DNA from: Bacillota bacterium | GTDB lineage: Bacteria > Bacillota_I > Bacilli_A > RFN20 > CAG-826 | Length of the DNA: 64,000 bases | Assembly (NCBI GenBank): GCA_030537155.1 | Contig: JAUNOH010000001.1 | Location: forward strand, 47,574 to 111,573 | Reading direction: 5' to 3' | In this document: positions 1 to 13,128 of the stretch, piece after piece | Numbering within the stretch: the first letter of the stretch is position 1 | Layout: each line of letters opens with the position of its first letter | Translations under genes and position numbers: made by a program | The notes under the pieces: model-generated | What the model saw: only the letters and a program-made list of their open reading frames with translations | Databases searched by the model: none | Told to the model about the DNA's origin: nothing

Positions 1-1992
1 CGAACGGAGGTCGGTGACGTAACCGAACATCTCGGCGAGCGGGACTTCGCAGTCGACCTGCTTGGCATTGCCGCGCTGGCTCTCGCCGGTCATGTTGCCG
101 CGCCTTCTGGCGATATCGCCGACCACGTCGCCGTAGTACTGCTCGGGGACGGTGATCTCAACGCGCATGATGGGCTCGAGGATGACGGGGTCGCACTTCG
201 GGCCGGCCGCCTTGAGGGCCATGGAGGCCGCAACCTTATAAGCGGCTTCCGAGGAGTCGACATCGTGGTAGCTACCATCGAAGAGGGTGGCCTTGATATC
301 GATTAGCGGGAAGCCCGCCAATAAGCCCCTCTGAAGGGCATCTTCCAAACCTTGCTGGGTCGGTTTGATGAACTCCTTCGGGACGCTGCCGCCGACGATG
401 GCATCGACGAATTCGAAGCCTTTGCCCGGATTCGGTTCGAAGCGGATCCAGACGTCGCCGTATTGACCGTGGCCACCGGACTGCTTGACATAGCGGCCCT
501 GGGCCTCGCCGGTCTTGCGGATGGTCTCGCGGTAGTTGACCTGCGGGGCTCCGACGTTGACCTCGACTTTGAACTCGCGGCGCATACGCTCGACTAAGAT
601 ATCGAGCTGCAACTCACCGACGCCGGCGATGATGGTCTGGCCGGTTTCGGCATTGGTGTGGACCCTGAAGGTCGGGTCTTCCTCGGCCAACTTGATGAGG
701 GCGTTGGTCATCTTCTCCTGATCGGCTTTGGTCTTCGGCTCCACCGCCTCTTCCAAGACGGGTTCGGGGAAGACTAACCTCTCCAAGACGACTTCTTCCT
801 CTTCGGTGCAGAGGGTGTCACCGGTGGTGGTGTTCTTAAGGCCGACGATGGCGCCGATCTCACCGGCGGAGAGCTTTTCGACCTCCTGGCGGTGGTTGGC
901 GTGCATGAGGACCAAGCGGGCGATACGCTCCTTGGTACCGTTATTGGCATTTAGGACATAAGAACCGGATTTGAGGACGCCCTGATAAACCCTGACATAA
1001 GCCAAACGGCCGATGAAGGGGTCAGTGGCGATCTTGAAGGCCAAACCGACGAAGGGTTTCTTGTCGGTGGCTTCGCAGACGTAGGGTTCGCCATCCTTCT
1101 CGCCCTTCTCGCCCGGGATGTCCAAGGGAGAGGGAAGATAGTCGATGACGGCATCCAACAAGGGCTGGATGCACTTGTTCTTATAGGCGGTGCCGCAGAG
1201 AACCGGGAAGAACTCGCCGGTCAAGACGGCTTTGCGGATGGTGGCCTTGATGAGTTCCACAGAGGGCTCCTCGCCTTCCAGGACCATCATCATGAGGTCA
1301 TCGTCGAAGGCGGCGAGCTTCTCAAGAAGCATCATGCGGTACTCTTCGACTTTATCTTTTAATTCCTCGGGGACGTCGGTGATCGTGGGATCGTTGTCCT
1401 TGTCGGAATCATAGACATAGGCTTTGCGCTCGATGATGTCTACGCAGCCCTTGAATCCACCCTCTTTGCCGATCGGGCACTGGATGGGGGCGGCATTGGC
1501 GGCTAGCCTCTCCTTGAGGGTGTCGAGGCAGAGCTGGAAGTCGGCGCCGGTGGCATCCATCTTGTTGCAGAAGACGATGCGGGGGACGCCATACTTGGTG
1601 CCCTGGCGCCAGACGGTCTCGGTCTGGGGCTCGACGCCGTTTTTGGAGTCGAGGACGGTGACGGCACCGTCAAGAACACGGAGGGAACGCTCGACCTCAA
1701 CGGTGAAGTCGACGTGCCCCGGGGTGTCGATGATGTTGATACGGTTGCCCTTCCAGAAGCAAGTCGTGGCCGAGGAGGTGATGGTGATACCCCTCTCCTG
1801 CTCCTCTTCCATCCAGTCCATGGTGGCGGTGCCTTCGTGGACCTCGCCGATCTTGTGGGTACGGCCGGTGTAATAGAGGATACGCTCGGTGGTCGTGGTC
1901 TTGCCGGCATCGATGTGGGCCATGATGCCGATGTTGCGGGTGTGGGGAAGATCGTAGGCGCCTTCTTTGATCTCTAATTCGTTGTCTGCCAT
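1..1992 (-). CDS. fusA: Elongation factor G, 3' end cut by window edge
   Basis: Absent from ORF track because it is open at the window edge. My translation from ATG (complement of 1990..1992) gives [43 protein letters not shown]...DTPGHVDF. Near pos 300 it reads ...[24 protein letters not shown]..., still in frame at pos 1. It follows rpsL-rpsG as in the str operon. Confidence 0.95.
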   Translation of the reverse strand, partial: MADNELEIKEGAYDLPHTRNIGIMAHIDAGKTTTTERILYYTGRTHKIGEVHEGTATMDWMEEEQERGITITSSATTCFWKGNRINIIDTPGHVDFTVEVERSLRVLDGAVTVLDSKNGVEPQTETVWRQGTKYGVPRIVFCNKMDATGADFQLCLDTLKERLAANAAPIQCPIGKEGGFKGCVDIIERKAYVYDSDKDNDPTITDVPEELKDKVEEYRMMLLEKLAAFDDDLMMMVLEGEEPSVELIKATIRKAVLTGEFFPVLCGTAYKNKCIQPLLDAVIDYLPSPLDIPGEKGEKDGEPYVCEATDKKPFVGLAFKIATDPFIGRLAYVRVYQGVLKSGSYVLNANNGTKERIARLVLMHANHRQEVEKLSAGEIGAIVGLKNTTTGDTLCTEEEEVVLERLVFPEPVLEEAVEPKTKADQEKMTNALIKLAEEDPTFRVHTNAETGQTIIAGVGELQLDILVERMRREFKVEVNVGAPQVNYRETIRKTGEAQGRYVKQSGGHGQYGDVWIRFEPNPGKGFEFVDAIVGGSVPKEFIKPTQQGLEDALQRGLLAGFPLIDIKATLFDGSYHDVDSSEAAYKVAASMALKAAGPKCDPVILEPIMRVEITVPEQYYGDVVGDIARRRGNMTGESQRGNAKQVDCEVPLAEMFGYVTDLRS

Positions 1993-2010
1993 ATCTCTTC
2001 TCCTTCTGGA

Positions 2011-2481
2011 TTACCAGCGATAGTGGGCGTAAGCCTTGTTGGCTTCAGCCATCTTGTGGGTGTCTTCTTTCTTCTTAACGGAAGCCCCGGTGCCATTGGC
2101 GGCATCGATGATCTCGGCGGCCAATTTGGATTCCATGGTCTTCTCGTTGCGGAGCCTGGCGTAGGTGACGAGCCAGCGGAGGCCTAGGGTCTGCTTCCTC
2201 TCGGGGCTGACCTCGACCGGGACCTGATAGTTGGCGGCACCGATCCTTCTGACCTTCAATTCGACTTCCGGCATGATGTTGTTGATCGCGGTGGCAAACA
2301 CGTCGATCGCCGGTTTCTGGGTTTTCTCCTCGATCTGGGCGAAGGCACCGTAGATGATGCCTTGGGCCGTTCCCCTCTTGCCGTCGTACATGACGCGGTT
2401 GATGAGGCGGGTGACGAGCTTGGAGTTATACACGGGGTCGGGGAGGACGTCCCTCTTAGCGACCTTACCTTTTCTTGGCAT
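2011..2481 (-). CDS. rpsG: 30S ribosomal protein S7
   Basis: [37 protein letters not shown]... is a typical S7 N-terminus; str operon position. Confidence 0.97.
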   Translation of the reverse strand: MPRKGKVAKRDVLPDPVYNSKLVTRLINRVMYDGKRGTAQGIIYGAFAQIEEKTQKPAIDVFATAINNIMPEVELKVRRIGAANYQVPVEVSPERKQTLGLRWLVTYARLRNEKTMESKLAAEIIDAANGTGASVKKKEDTHKMAEANKAYAHYRW

Positions 2482-2500
2482 GTTCTATATTCTCCTTTAC

Positions 2501-2920
2501 TTACTTGCTCTCTTTGGGCTTCTTGGTGCCATAGAGGCTCCTGCCCTGACGGCGCTTTTCGATACCGGCGCAGTCGAGGGTGCCGCGGACGATGTGGTAG
2601 CGGACACCAGGTAGATCCTTGACACGGCCGCCACGGATCATGACCGTGGAGTGCTCCTGAAGGTTGTGGCCCTCACCACCGATGTAGGCGGTGACTTCAT
2701 AGCCATTGGATAAGCGGACACGGGCGTACTTCCTCAAAGCCGAGTTCGGCTTCTTGGGGGTCATGGTGCCCACACGGGTGCAAACGCCCCTCTTCTGAGC
2801 GGAGGGCTGATTGCTGGTTTTCTTGTTCAGAGAGTTCCACCTCTTGCCTAAAGCGGGGCTCTTGGACTTCTTGGTCGCGCTCTTGCGACCCTGCCTAACT
2901 AACTGTTCGATGGTCGGCAT
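2501..2920 (-). CDS. rpsL: 30S ribosomal protein S12
   Basis: [13 protein letters not shown]...[30 protein letters not shown] is canonical S12. Confidence 0.97.
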   Translation of the reverse strand: MPTIEQLVRQGRKSATKKSKSPALGKRWNSLNKKTSNQPSAQKRGVCTRVGTMTPKKPNSALRKYARVRLSNGYEVTAYIGGEGHNLQEHSTVMIRGGRVKDLPGVRYHIVRGTLDCAGIEKRRQGRSLYGTKKPKESK

Positions 2921-3019
2921 TTCCTAATTCTCCTTGTATTTATCGTGTACACAGTTCCCTGTGTGTCACACAAGCCGTTAATTAATGGGGCCAAAAGGCC
3001 CTTTTTAACGTCCGGGAAG

Positions 3020-3049
3020 AGCATACTCTTCGCCAAAATATGTTGTCAA
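3020..3049 (-). promoter_or_regulatory. Candidate sigma-A promoter of the rpsL-rpsG-fusA operon
   Basis: Minus strand reads TTGACA (3049..3044), an 18-nt spacer, then TATGCT (3025..3020). It lies just downstream of the preceding terminator and about 100 nt upstream of rpsL. Confidence 0.55.
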
Positions 3050-3061
3050 CAAGGAAGTTTT

Positions 3062-3093
3062 CAAAAGAAAAGCCCCCACTTTTCAATGGGGGC
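3062..3093 (-). terminator. Rho-independent terminator of the giant lipoprotein gene
   Basis: Minus strand: GCCCCCA-TTGAAAAG-TGGGGGC followed by TTTTCTTTTG, 22 nt after the stop at 3116. Confidence 0.85.
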
Positions 3094-3115
3094 GAGTCTT
3101 GGTAGGCAAATGAGA

Positions 3116-6100
3116 TTAGGCAGCAGGTTCGTAGACAATTTCAACAGAAGAAATACGGCCATTGGATCCATCGTTGGTGCTGGCAATCTGAAAGAATGTG
3201 GCTCCCTCTATCTCATTGGTAAATGTATAAGATTCGCCTTTGCCGATGTTAACGCCGGAATCGACCGCGGCCGCAGTAGAAACCGCTGACGTTCCAAAAG
3301 TCACATTGTAGGTAGCCGCGGCCGCAGCAGTGCTTGGCGCAGTTATTATTATAGATTTGATAGTCGAGGCGGCACTCAAGGCGTCCGTGTTATAGAAGAA
3401 GGCGGTAGCTTTATTAGTGCCAGAAGCCATCATCATATAAGTGCTCGCTCCTCTATAAACACCACTTCCAGAAAATCCAACTTCTGTTTCGCCCAGCAAA
3501 TAAGTCCAGTTTGACAAGCTGGTGCTATTGGCAGTCGGAAGATTTCCGTCTTTGCTAGTTTGCGGAACAAAAGTCGTAGTAATGGTGTTGGCGCTAACAA
3601 CATCTACTACGTATGTTGAACTGGTTCCATAAGTTTCGGATGTCGCCTTAACAGTAACGGTTCCAGCAGCGACACCTGTAAGAACGCCAGACGATGAGTC
3701 GATTGTGGCATAATCGCCATCTGCTTCCCCTGCTAAGGACCATAAATAAGTATCTGTGGCGGCTCCGTTATTTCCGTCAGCAGTCGTCGCACTCAAAGTA
3801 ATTGAATCTCCAACAGTAACGGAATTTTCGCCTGAAATGGTTACGGATCCTTCCACGATATAGGCGTTTGTAATGTAGAACAGAAGATAATTTCCATCGA
3901 CGCCATATACATAGCCTTCCAAGTTGTAGGCATAGCCCTCAACCATGCCTCCCTGAAGATTAGCGTTGGAAGAAATCGTTTGCATTTGGACTTCGCCTAA
4001 TGTCCATCTAAATCCACTGCTACTTGAGGTAACTCCGCTAGTAGTCAAATAGAGCCTTCCTGATGGGGCGACTAAGTCCTGATCAAAATACGAACTGGCT
4101 TTTTCTTCAGTTAACTCAGAAAGCGAGGTGATTGAAGATTGCGTTTCCTCATTTAATGTCGCAGTTGCATTGTTGATATAAAGGCCGGTGTTTGAGCTTA
4201 GTTTGGCGGTAGTACCAGTAATGGTGTAGTAAGAGCCTTCAATCAAATCTCCATCGATTGAGGGGTTATTCACCCTAATGCCGGCTGTGCCGTCATCAAA
4301 ATACATGTAGTAAGCCGTGCCGCGATCAACCAAGACGCCAGTGAAAGTAACCTGATATCCAGTCGCGGTCATTTCAGCAATCGTTGGATTGTCAATTGTA
4401 ATAACGCACGAAGCGGAGGCATAGTTTCCGTCTCCTTTTGCGCTGACGGCGGTGGCGGTGACAACCGCAGTCGTGCCGGCGGTCGCGCCACTTAGAACGG
4501 TGACGACGCCGGAGTCAACCGAGACATAATCCGCGGCATCTCCGGACACCGACCAAGTGACGTTTCCGTCCCATTCATCATAGGTGGGATCCTCAGGCGC
4601 GGTTTCGGCGGTTAAAGTCACCGAATCCCCACAGGTATGGAGGGTTTCGGCACTGCTATTTAAAGTGACGCTGCCGATGGTGGCGGCGGGTCTAGGTTCT
4701 ATCGTAATAACAATGCTATTGGATACGCCGTTGCTGGCCGTGGCGGTGAAGGTGACTTCGCTAGCCGCCTCGACTTTGCCGGCGGTGATCAAGCCAGTCT
4801 CGCTGATGGAGGCCACATCCGCATTGCTGGATGACCAGGTGACGGACTGCGGGGCCTTGGCGGGCAAAACAGAAGCGCTAAGTTGAAGCGTCTTGGTGCT
4901 CTCTAAGGTCGTGGCGCCACCTTCGGCAGTGATGCTGACCGATTCGGGATCCGGGATGGGTACTGGTTGGATCTCAATAACGATGCTGCCAGAAACGCCG
5001 CCTTCGGCCGTGGCGGTGAAGGTGACCTTAACTGCGCTTTCGACTTCCAAAGCCGTGACTAAGCCATCGGCGTCGATCGTCGCGACGCTTTCATCGCCGG
5101 AAGACCAGCTGACAGATTGCGGAGCATCGGTTGGGGAAACGACGGCGGATAGTTGCAAAGTGTTGCCACTGATCAAGGATGTGGCGCCGCCCTCCGCGGT
5201 GACGGAAACGGATTCCGGATCGGGGATGGGAACGGGCTGGATTTCGATAATGATGCTATTAGAAACACCGTTGCTAGCCGTAGCAGTGAAGGTGACATTA
5301 GTAGCGACCCCCACTTCTTTCGCGGTGATCAATCCCCGGGCGTCGATGGTGGCGGCCTCTTCGTTGCTTGAGGACCATTCGACGGTCTGCGGAGCGTTTG
5401 AAGGAGTTACGACGGAACTCAACTGTAAGGTGTGGCCACTAATTAAGGAGGTGGCGCCGCCTTCCGCGCTTATCGAGACGCTGCTGGGATCGGGGAGTTC
5501 GATCTTGATTTCTATCGAACCGGAAACCCCCTCCATGGCCGTGGCGGTGAAGGTGACATAAGTAACCTCAGAGATATTATCCGCAGCGGTAACTAAACCA
5601 TCAGCGCTGATCGTCGCGGCTTCTTCGTTGCTGGAAGACCAGGAAACGATTTGCGGTGCTTCAGCCGGAAGGACGCTGGCGCTCAACTGCAAAGTCTTAC
5701 CGCTCTTAAGGGTCGTCGCTCCGCCTTCGGAAGTGACGCTAACCGACTCAGGATCGGGAATGGGAATTGGCTGGATTTCGATGGTGATAATGCCACAGAT
5801 TCCGTTGCTCGTAGCGGCAGTAAATATAACGTCTGTATTTGTGGTTACGGTTAAAGCCTGGATTAAGCCGTTTTGATCGATAATCGCAACATCTTCGTTG
5901 CTAGAACTCCAAGTTACATCCTGCGGAGCGGTAGACGGTAAAACGCTCGCGGAAAGCTGCAGGGTTCCACCGCTTATAAGCGTGCTTGCGCCTCCGGCCG
6001 CGGTAACCTCAACAGAAGTCGGAACGTTATCTTGCGATGACGAACTACTGCTAGAGGAAGAAGAGCTTGAAGAGCTGCTGGACGATGAGGAACTAGAGCT

Positions 6101-7663
6101 AGACGAAGAAGACGAGCTACTGGAACTTGAAGAGCTGCTCGAGGAGGAACTTGAAGAGCTCGAGCTCGATGAGCTGCTGGAGCTGGACGAACCACCAGAG
6201 GAAGAGGAGCCGCTGGATGAGGAGCTGCTACTGCTAGAGGAACTACTCGAGGAAGAGCTGCTGCTGGAGCTGGAGGAGCTTGAAGACGAACTGCTGCTAT
6301 CCGACTGAGTGGAAGAGCTGCTGCTCGAGGAGGAACTACTTGAGGAAGAACTTGAACTAGAAGAAGACGAACTCGACGATGAGCTTGAACCGGACGATGA
6401 GCTGCTGGATTGGCCAGAGGAAGAGCTAGTTGAAGATGAGCTAGATGAGCTAGAGGAACTTGAGGAGGAGCTGCTAGACGAAGAACTAGAGGACGAACTG
6501 CTGCTACTATCGGGTTGGCTGCTTGAGGAAGACGAGCTGGAACTGGAGGAGGAGCTGCTGCTCGAAGATGATCCAGACGAGGAGCTGGACGAAGAAGAAC
6601 TTGAGCTAGACGATGAGCTGCTGGATTGGCCAGAGGAAGAGCTAGAACTGGAGGAACTACTATCTGGTTGGCTGGATGAGCTTGAAGAGCTGCTGGAACT
6701 AGACGAACTCGAGGAACTACTGGAACTTGAGGAGCTGCTCGAGGAGGAACTGCTACTGCTATCGGGTTGGCTGCTTGAGGAAGACGAGGACGAACTGCTA
6801 CTCGAAGATGATCCAGACGAGGAGCTGGACGAAGAGGAGCTCGAACTGGAGGAAGAACTGCTGCTAGATTGGCTGGACGAGGAGCTACTATCCGGTTGAC
6901 TGGATGAGCTACTACTCGAGGAGGAACTACTTGATTGGCTAGATGACGAGCTGCTAGACGATGAACTGCTGCTGGAAGAGGAACTAGAAGACGAGCTCGA
7001 TGAGCTGGAGGAACTAGAACTTGATGAACTCGAGGAACTTGAGGACGAAGAGGAACTACTAGAGGAAGAGCTAGAACTCGATGATTGGCTAGAAGAACTC
7101 GAAGAAGAGCTGGAACTTGATGAACTACTTTGTTGGTCAGATGAGCTGGATGAACTGCTGCTAGAAGACGATGAAGAGCTGCTCGATGAGGAACTACTAC
7201 TCGAAGAGGAATCCGACGAGGAACTGCTCGAAGAACTGGAGGATGCACTGCTACTACTGCTTGAGGAAGAACTCGAAGAAGAACTGCTATCCTGCTGGGA
7301 AGAACTGGAGGAACTCGATGATTGGCTATCCGACGAGCTGGAGGAGCTGGCCGAAGACGAACTGTGGGAACTGCTGCTTGAGGAGCTGCTGGACGACGAA
7401 CTTGATGAGCTTGAACTAGAGGGGCTAGTTGATGAATGCGAACTGGAGGAACTTGAAGAAGGTTCTGATGACGAGCTGCTCGATGAGCTAAATGGAGATG
7501 AACTGCTCGACGATGAGCCTTCTGATGAACTCAACGATGATGGTGTCCAGCTCGATGATGAATCAGCAGATGATGAGTCGGCCCGGTGATCACAAGCCGC
7601 CCCCAAGGCGACAAACATAAAAAGAGATGCGGCCGCCAGCGGAATGAACTTTTTCTTTTTCAT
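3116..7663 (-). CDS. Giant (1515 aa) Ser-rich surface lipoprotein with Big_2 (bacterial Ig-like) repeats
   Basis: N-terminal signal MKKKKFIPLAAASLFMFVALGAAC (lipoprotein-type Cys). Residues 29-543 are almost pure Ser. Then five ~90-aa repeats of type DPESVSVTAEGGATSLISGNTLQLSA.V.P..APQ.V.WSS....VATID..GL.TA match the Big_2 pattern, plus two more divergent Ig-like units, a beta-rich middle domain and a C-terminal module shared with the next gene. It has its own promoter region and terminator. Confidence 0.85.
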   Translation of the reverse strand: MKKKKFIPLAAASLFMFVALGAACDHRADSSSADSSSSWTPSSLSSSEGSSSSSSSPFSSSSSSSSEPSSSSSSSHSSTSPSSSSSSSSSSSSSSSSSSHSSSSASSSSSSDSQSSSSSSSSQQDSSSSSSSSSSSSSSASSSSSSSSSSDSSSSSSSSSSSSSSSSSSSSSSSSDQQSSSSSSSSSSSSSSQSSSSSSSSSSSSSSSSSSSSSSSSSSSSSSSSSSSSSSSSSSSSSSSSSQSSSSSSSSSSSSQPDSSSSSSQSSSSSSSSSSSSSSSSSSGSSSSSSSSSSSSSSQPDSSSSSSSSSSSSSSSSSSSSSSSSSSSSSSQPDSSSSSSSSSSGQSSSSSSSSSSSSSSSSSGSSSSSSSSSSSSSSSSSSQPDSSSSSSSSSSSSSSSSSSSSSSSSSSTSSSSGQSSSSSSGSSSSSSSSSSSSSSSSSSSSSSSSSSTQSDSSSSSSSSSSSSSSSSSSSSSSSSSSSSSGSSSSGGSSSSSSSSSSSSSSSSSSSSSSSSSSSSSSSSSSSSSSSSSSSSSSSSSSSSQDNVPTSVEVTAAGGASTLISGGTLQLSASVLPSTAPQDVTWSSSNEDVAIIDQNGLIQALTVTTNTDVIFTAATSNGICGIITIEIQPIPIPDPESVSVTSEGGATTLKSGKTLQLSASVLPAEAPQIVSWSSSNEEAATISADGLVTAADNISEVTYVTFTATAMEGVSGSIEIKIELPDPSSVSISAEGGATSLISGHTLQLSSVVTPSNAPQTVEWSSSNEEAATIDARGLITAKEVGVATNVTFTATASNGVSNSIIIEIQPVPIPDPESVSVTAEGGATSLISGNTLQLSAVVSPTDAPQSVSWSSGDESVATIDADGLVTALEVESAVKVTFTATAEGGVSGSIVIEIQPVPIPDPESVSITAEGGATTLESTKTLQLSASVLPAKAPQSVTWSSSNADVASISETGLITAGKVEAASEVTFTATASNGVSNSIVITIEPRPAATIGSVTLNSSAETLHTCGDSVTLTAETAPEDPTYDEWDGNVTWSVSGDAADYVSVDSGVVTVLSGATAGTTAVVTATAVSAKGDGNYASASCVITIDNPTIAEMTATGYQVTFTGVLVDRGTAYYMYFDDGTAGIRVNNPSIDGDLIEGSYYTITGTTAKLSSNTGLYINNATATLNEETQSSITSLSELTEEKASSYFDQDLVAPSGRLYLTTSGVTSSSSGFRWTLGEVQMQTISSNANLQGGMVEGYAYNLEGYVYGVDGNYLLFYITNAYIVEGSVTISGENSVTVGDSITLSATTADGNNGAATDTYLWSLAGEADGDYATIDSSSGVLTGVAAGTVTVKATSETYGTSSTYVVDVVSANTITTTFVPQTSKDGNLPTANSTSLSNWTYLLGETEVGFSGSGVYRGASTYMMMASGTNKATAFFYNTDALSAASTIKSIIITAPSTAAAAATYNVTFGTSAVSTAAAVDSGVNIGKGESYTFTNEIEGATFFQIASTNDGSNGRISSVEIVYEPAA
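4682..6028 (-). repeat. Five tandem ~270-nt coding repeats (Big_2 Ig-like domains)
   Basis: Repeated protein units are visible in the translation. DNA-level similarity is visible too, e.g. gattccggatcggggatgggaacgggctggatttcgat (5213..), gattcgggatccgggatgggtactggttggatctcaat (4940..) and gactcaggatcgggaatgggaattggctggatttcgat (5745..). Confidence 0.85.
6035..7579 (-). repeat. Low-complexity poly-serine coding tract (aa 29-543 of the giant lipoprotein)
   Basis: Ser homopolymer interrupted only by occasional Q/P/D/G/T/H/E (e.g. recurring SSQPDSS). It is encoded by an irregular mix of all six Ser codons, not a simple trinucleotide repeat. The Q codon at 6032..6034 marks its end. Confidence 0.95.
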
Positions 7664-7921
7664 AGCTTCCCCTCAGAAGTAACAACCCATTCTATATCCC
7701 ATATAAATATTCGCAAAAGCCATAAGTCCACCACTTTAGAGACCCAGCCTTTTTGAGCAATCCCCCGAAAAAATGCAGCAAAAGCCAAAAAACTAAAAGC
7801 CATCGGTTTTTTTGAAAAATCTGGCAAATTGAACGCCTTTTGATGTAAGCCCTTACTCAAAAAAGAGGGAATTTTCACCGTTTTTCGGATATATAGGCAA
7901 TTGATAACTACATCGGGAAGT

Positions 7922-7952
7922 AAAAAAGCCCGGTCCCGCTTGGAGACCGGGC
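7922..7952 (-). terminator. Rho-independent terminator of the 366-aa lipoprotein gene
   Basis: Minus strand: GCCCGGTC-TCCAAGCGG-GACCGGGC followed by TTTTTTAC, just after the stop at 7964. Confidence 0.85.
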
Positions 7953-7963
7953 CAAATCGACTA

Positions 7964-9064
7964 TTAGGCGGCGGGGGTGAAATAGACGGTGAGGCTATAG
8001 ATGCCCTGGTTGTAGGTGCTGTTGTTCACGCAATAGAAATACGGGGCGTTGATCTCATAGCTATAGACGAGGTGGCTGCTGGTGGAGCTGCTATCCTGGA
8101 CGCCGGTGATCTCGGTTTCGGCGGTCTTCACGCTCGAGGAGGAATAGACGGTCGTGTTGAGGTAGCCATAGAAGTCGAAGACGATCTTGGTGATGGTGCC
8201 GATCGAGGTGGCGTTATAGAGGTAACCACCGCTTTTGGGGATCGCGAACTCGTCGTATTTGCTGTAGTTGAAGCTGCCGGCCGAGAAGACGAGATCCTGA
8301 TTATAGGTCTGCTCCTGGTAGGTGCAGGTGAAGGTACTCGTCACATCCGCGGCGGCATCCTCGGTGGATAAGCCGGTGTTGGACTTGCTGACCGTATAGA
8401 GATATCCCTCTTCCTCCTCGCTGGGGGTGTAGCCATCGACCGCGGTGATGACGGGGGAGACCTTTATGGCGCTGCTATAGGCGATTTCATAGACGTGGGC
8501 GCCGCTCTTGTTGACGTAATCGACCGCATAGCCATAGGCGTGGACGGTTAAGCCAACCAATAAATCGACGTCTTTGGATTGGAAGCCGATGGAGTCATCC
8601 ATCTGCCCGGAGTAAATCTCGATGGTATAGCCCTTGGCTGAGACTAAATCAATGGTGTAGGAATCGTATGAGGAATTGTATTCGGCCGACTCCACCACCC
8701 CGGTGAGGTAGGTGTATCCGCCGGAATACCTGGTCGTTTCGGAATTGCCGAAGGAGGCGAGGATATCGCCAAAGGTGTCGACGCTATATTCGGTGGCGCT
8801 GCTGTTATAGAGGTCGCTCTCGGTGTAGGAGGCGGCCGCGGAGGAGCTAGACGAGGCGGCGGAAGAGGAATTCGACGATGAGCTGGCGGCGGAAGAGGAA
8901 CTGGAGGAGGCTGACGAAGAAGAGCTGCTGCTTTCAGCGGAGGATGTGGAGGATTCCTGGCTGGAGGAGCTTCCGAGTGAACTGGCGGAGTCGCAGGCAG
9001 CCCCGAGGCTGGCGAAGGCGAAAAGGAGGGAAAGGCTGATGGGGACGAATGTCTTCTTTTTCAT
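7964..9064 (-). CDS. Ser-linker lipoprotein (366 aa), paralogous in its C-terminal half to the giant lipoprotein
   Basis: I place the start at ATG 9064 (MKKKTFVPISLSLLFAFASLGAAC), which is preceded by AAGGAG; the ORF-track start at 9109 lacks an RBS. A Ser-rich linker follows the Cys. The C-terminal module ends ...IYSLTVYFTPAA, against ...RISSVEIVYEPAA in the 1515-aa protein. Confidence 0.8.
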   Translation of the reverse strand: MKKKTFVPISLSLLFAFASLGAACDSASSLGSSSSQESSTSSAESSSSSSSASSSSSSAASSSSNSSSAASSSSSAAASYTESDLYNSSATEYSVDTFGDILASFGNSETTRYSGGYTYLTGVVESAEYNSSYDSYTIDLVSAKGYTIEIYSGQMDDSIGFQSKDVDLLVGLTVHAYGYAVDYVNKSGAHVYEIAYSSAIKVSPVITAVDGYTPSEEEEGYLYTVSKSNTGLSTEDAAADVTSTFTCTYQEQTYNQDLVFSAGSFNYSKYDEFAIPKSGGYLYNATSIGTITKIVFDFYGYLNTTVYSSSSVKTAETEITGVQDSSSTSSHLVYSYEINAPYFYCVNNSTYNQGIYSLTVYFTPAA

Positions 9065-9160
9065 TTTTATCTCCTTGTGGATTTCAAACCATTGTATTCC
9101 CCGCCCCATTAACGCCGAAACCGCCCGAAAGCGCTTTATTTTGTAAATTCGTCGCTAAGG

Positions 9161-9190
9161 CAAAAAAAGCCCCCACCTTTCGATGGGGGC
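9161..9190 (-). terminator. Rho-independent terminator after rpoC
   Basis: Minus strand: GCCCCCA-TCGAAAGG-TGGGGGC followed by TTTTTTTG, 14 nt after the rpoC stop. Confidence 0.85.
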
Positions 9191-9203
9191 AAAGGGTTTT
9201 AGA

Positions 9204-13112
<3,909 letters not shown>

Positions 13113-13128
13113 CTTTTTCTCTCCTTTC

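Noticed and set aside
2987-3006. Hairpin GGGCC-AAAA-GGCCC followed by TTTTT on the + strand, inside the rpsL 5' leader.
   Set aside because: It looks like a terminator only on the + strand, where there is no gene to terminate. On the - strand (rpsL mRNA) it lacks a U-tract. It may be a leader stability element or an antisense-transcription stop, but I cannot support a specific call.
2945-3289. 114-aa + strand ORF spanning the rpsL promoter, a terminator and the end of the giant gene.
   Set aside because: It crosses regulatory elements, runs antisense to a real CDS end, and has no RBS.
5898-7248. Long ORFs overlapping the poly-Ser tract: + strand 5898..6308 and 6309..6899 (EELLEE-type) and - strand 5974..7248 (Pro/Ala/Leu/Arg-rich, alternative frame).
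   Set aside because: They are frame or antisense shadows of the Ser codon tract. Their composition is a mirror image (GAA/GAG/CTG = reverse complement of Ser/Leu codons). They lack RBSs, while the Ser frame continues into a bona fide signal peptide and Big_2 domains.
4682-7579. Whether the repetitive DNA could be a CRISPR array or satellite.
   Set aside because: The repeats are in-frame coding units of one long ORF (Big_2 domains and a Ser tract). There is no repeat-spacer architecture and there are no cas genes.
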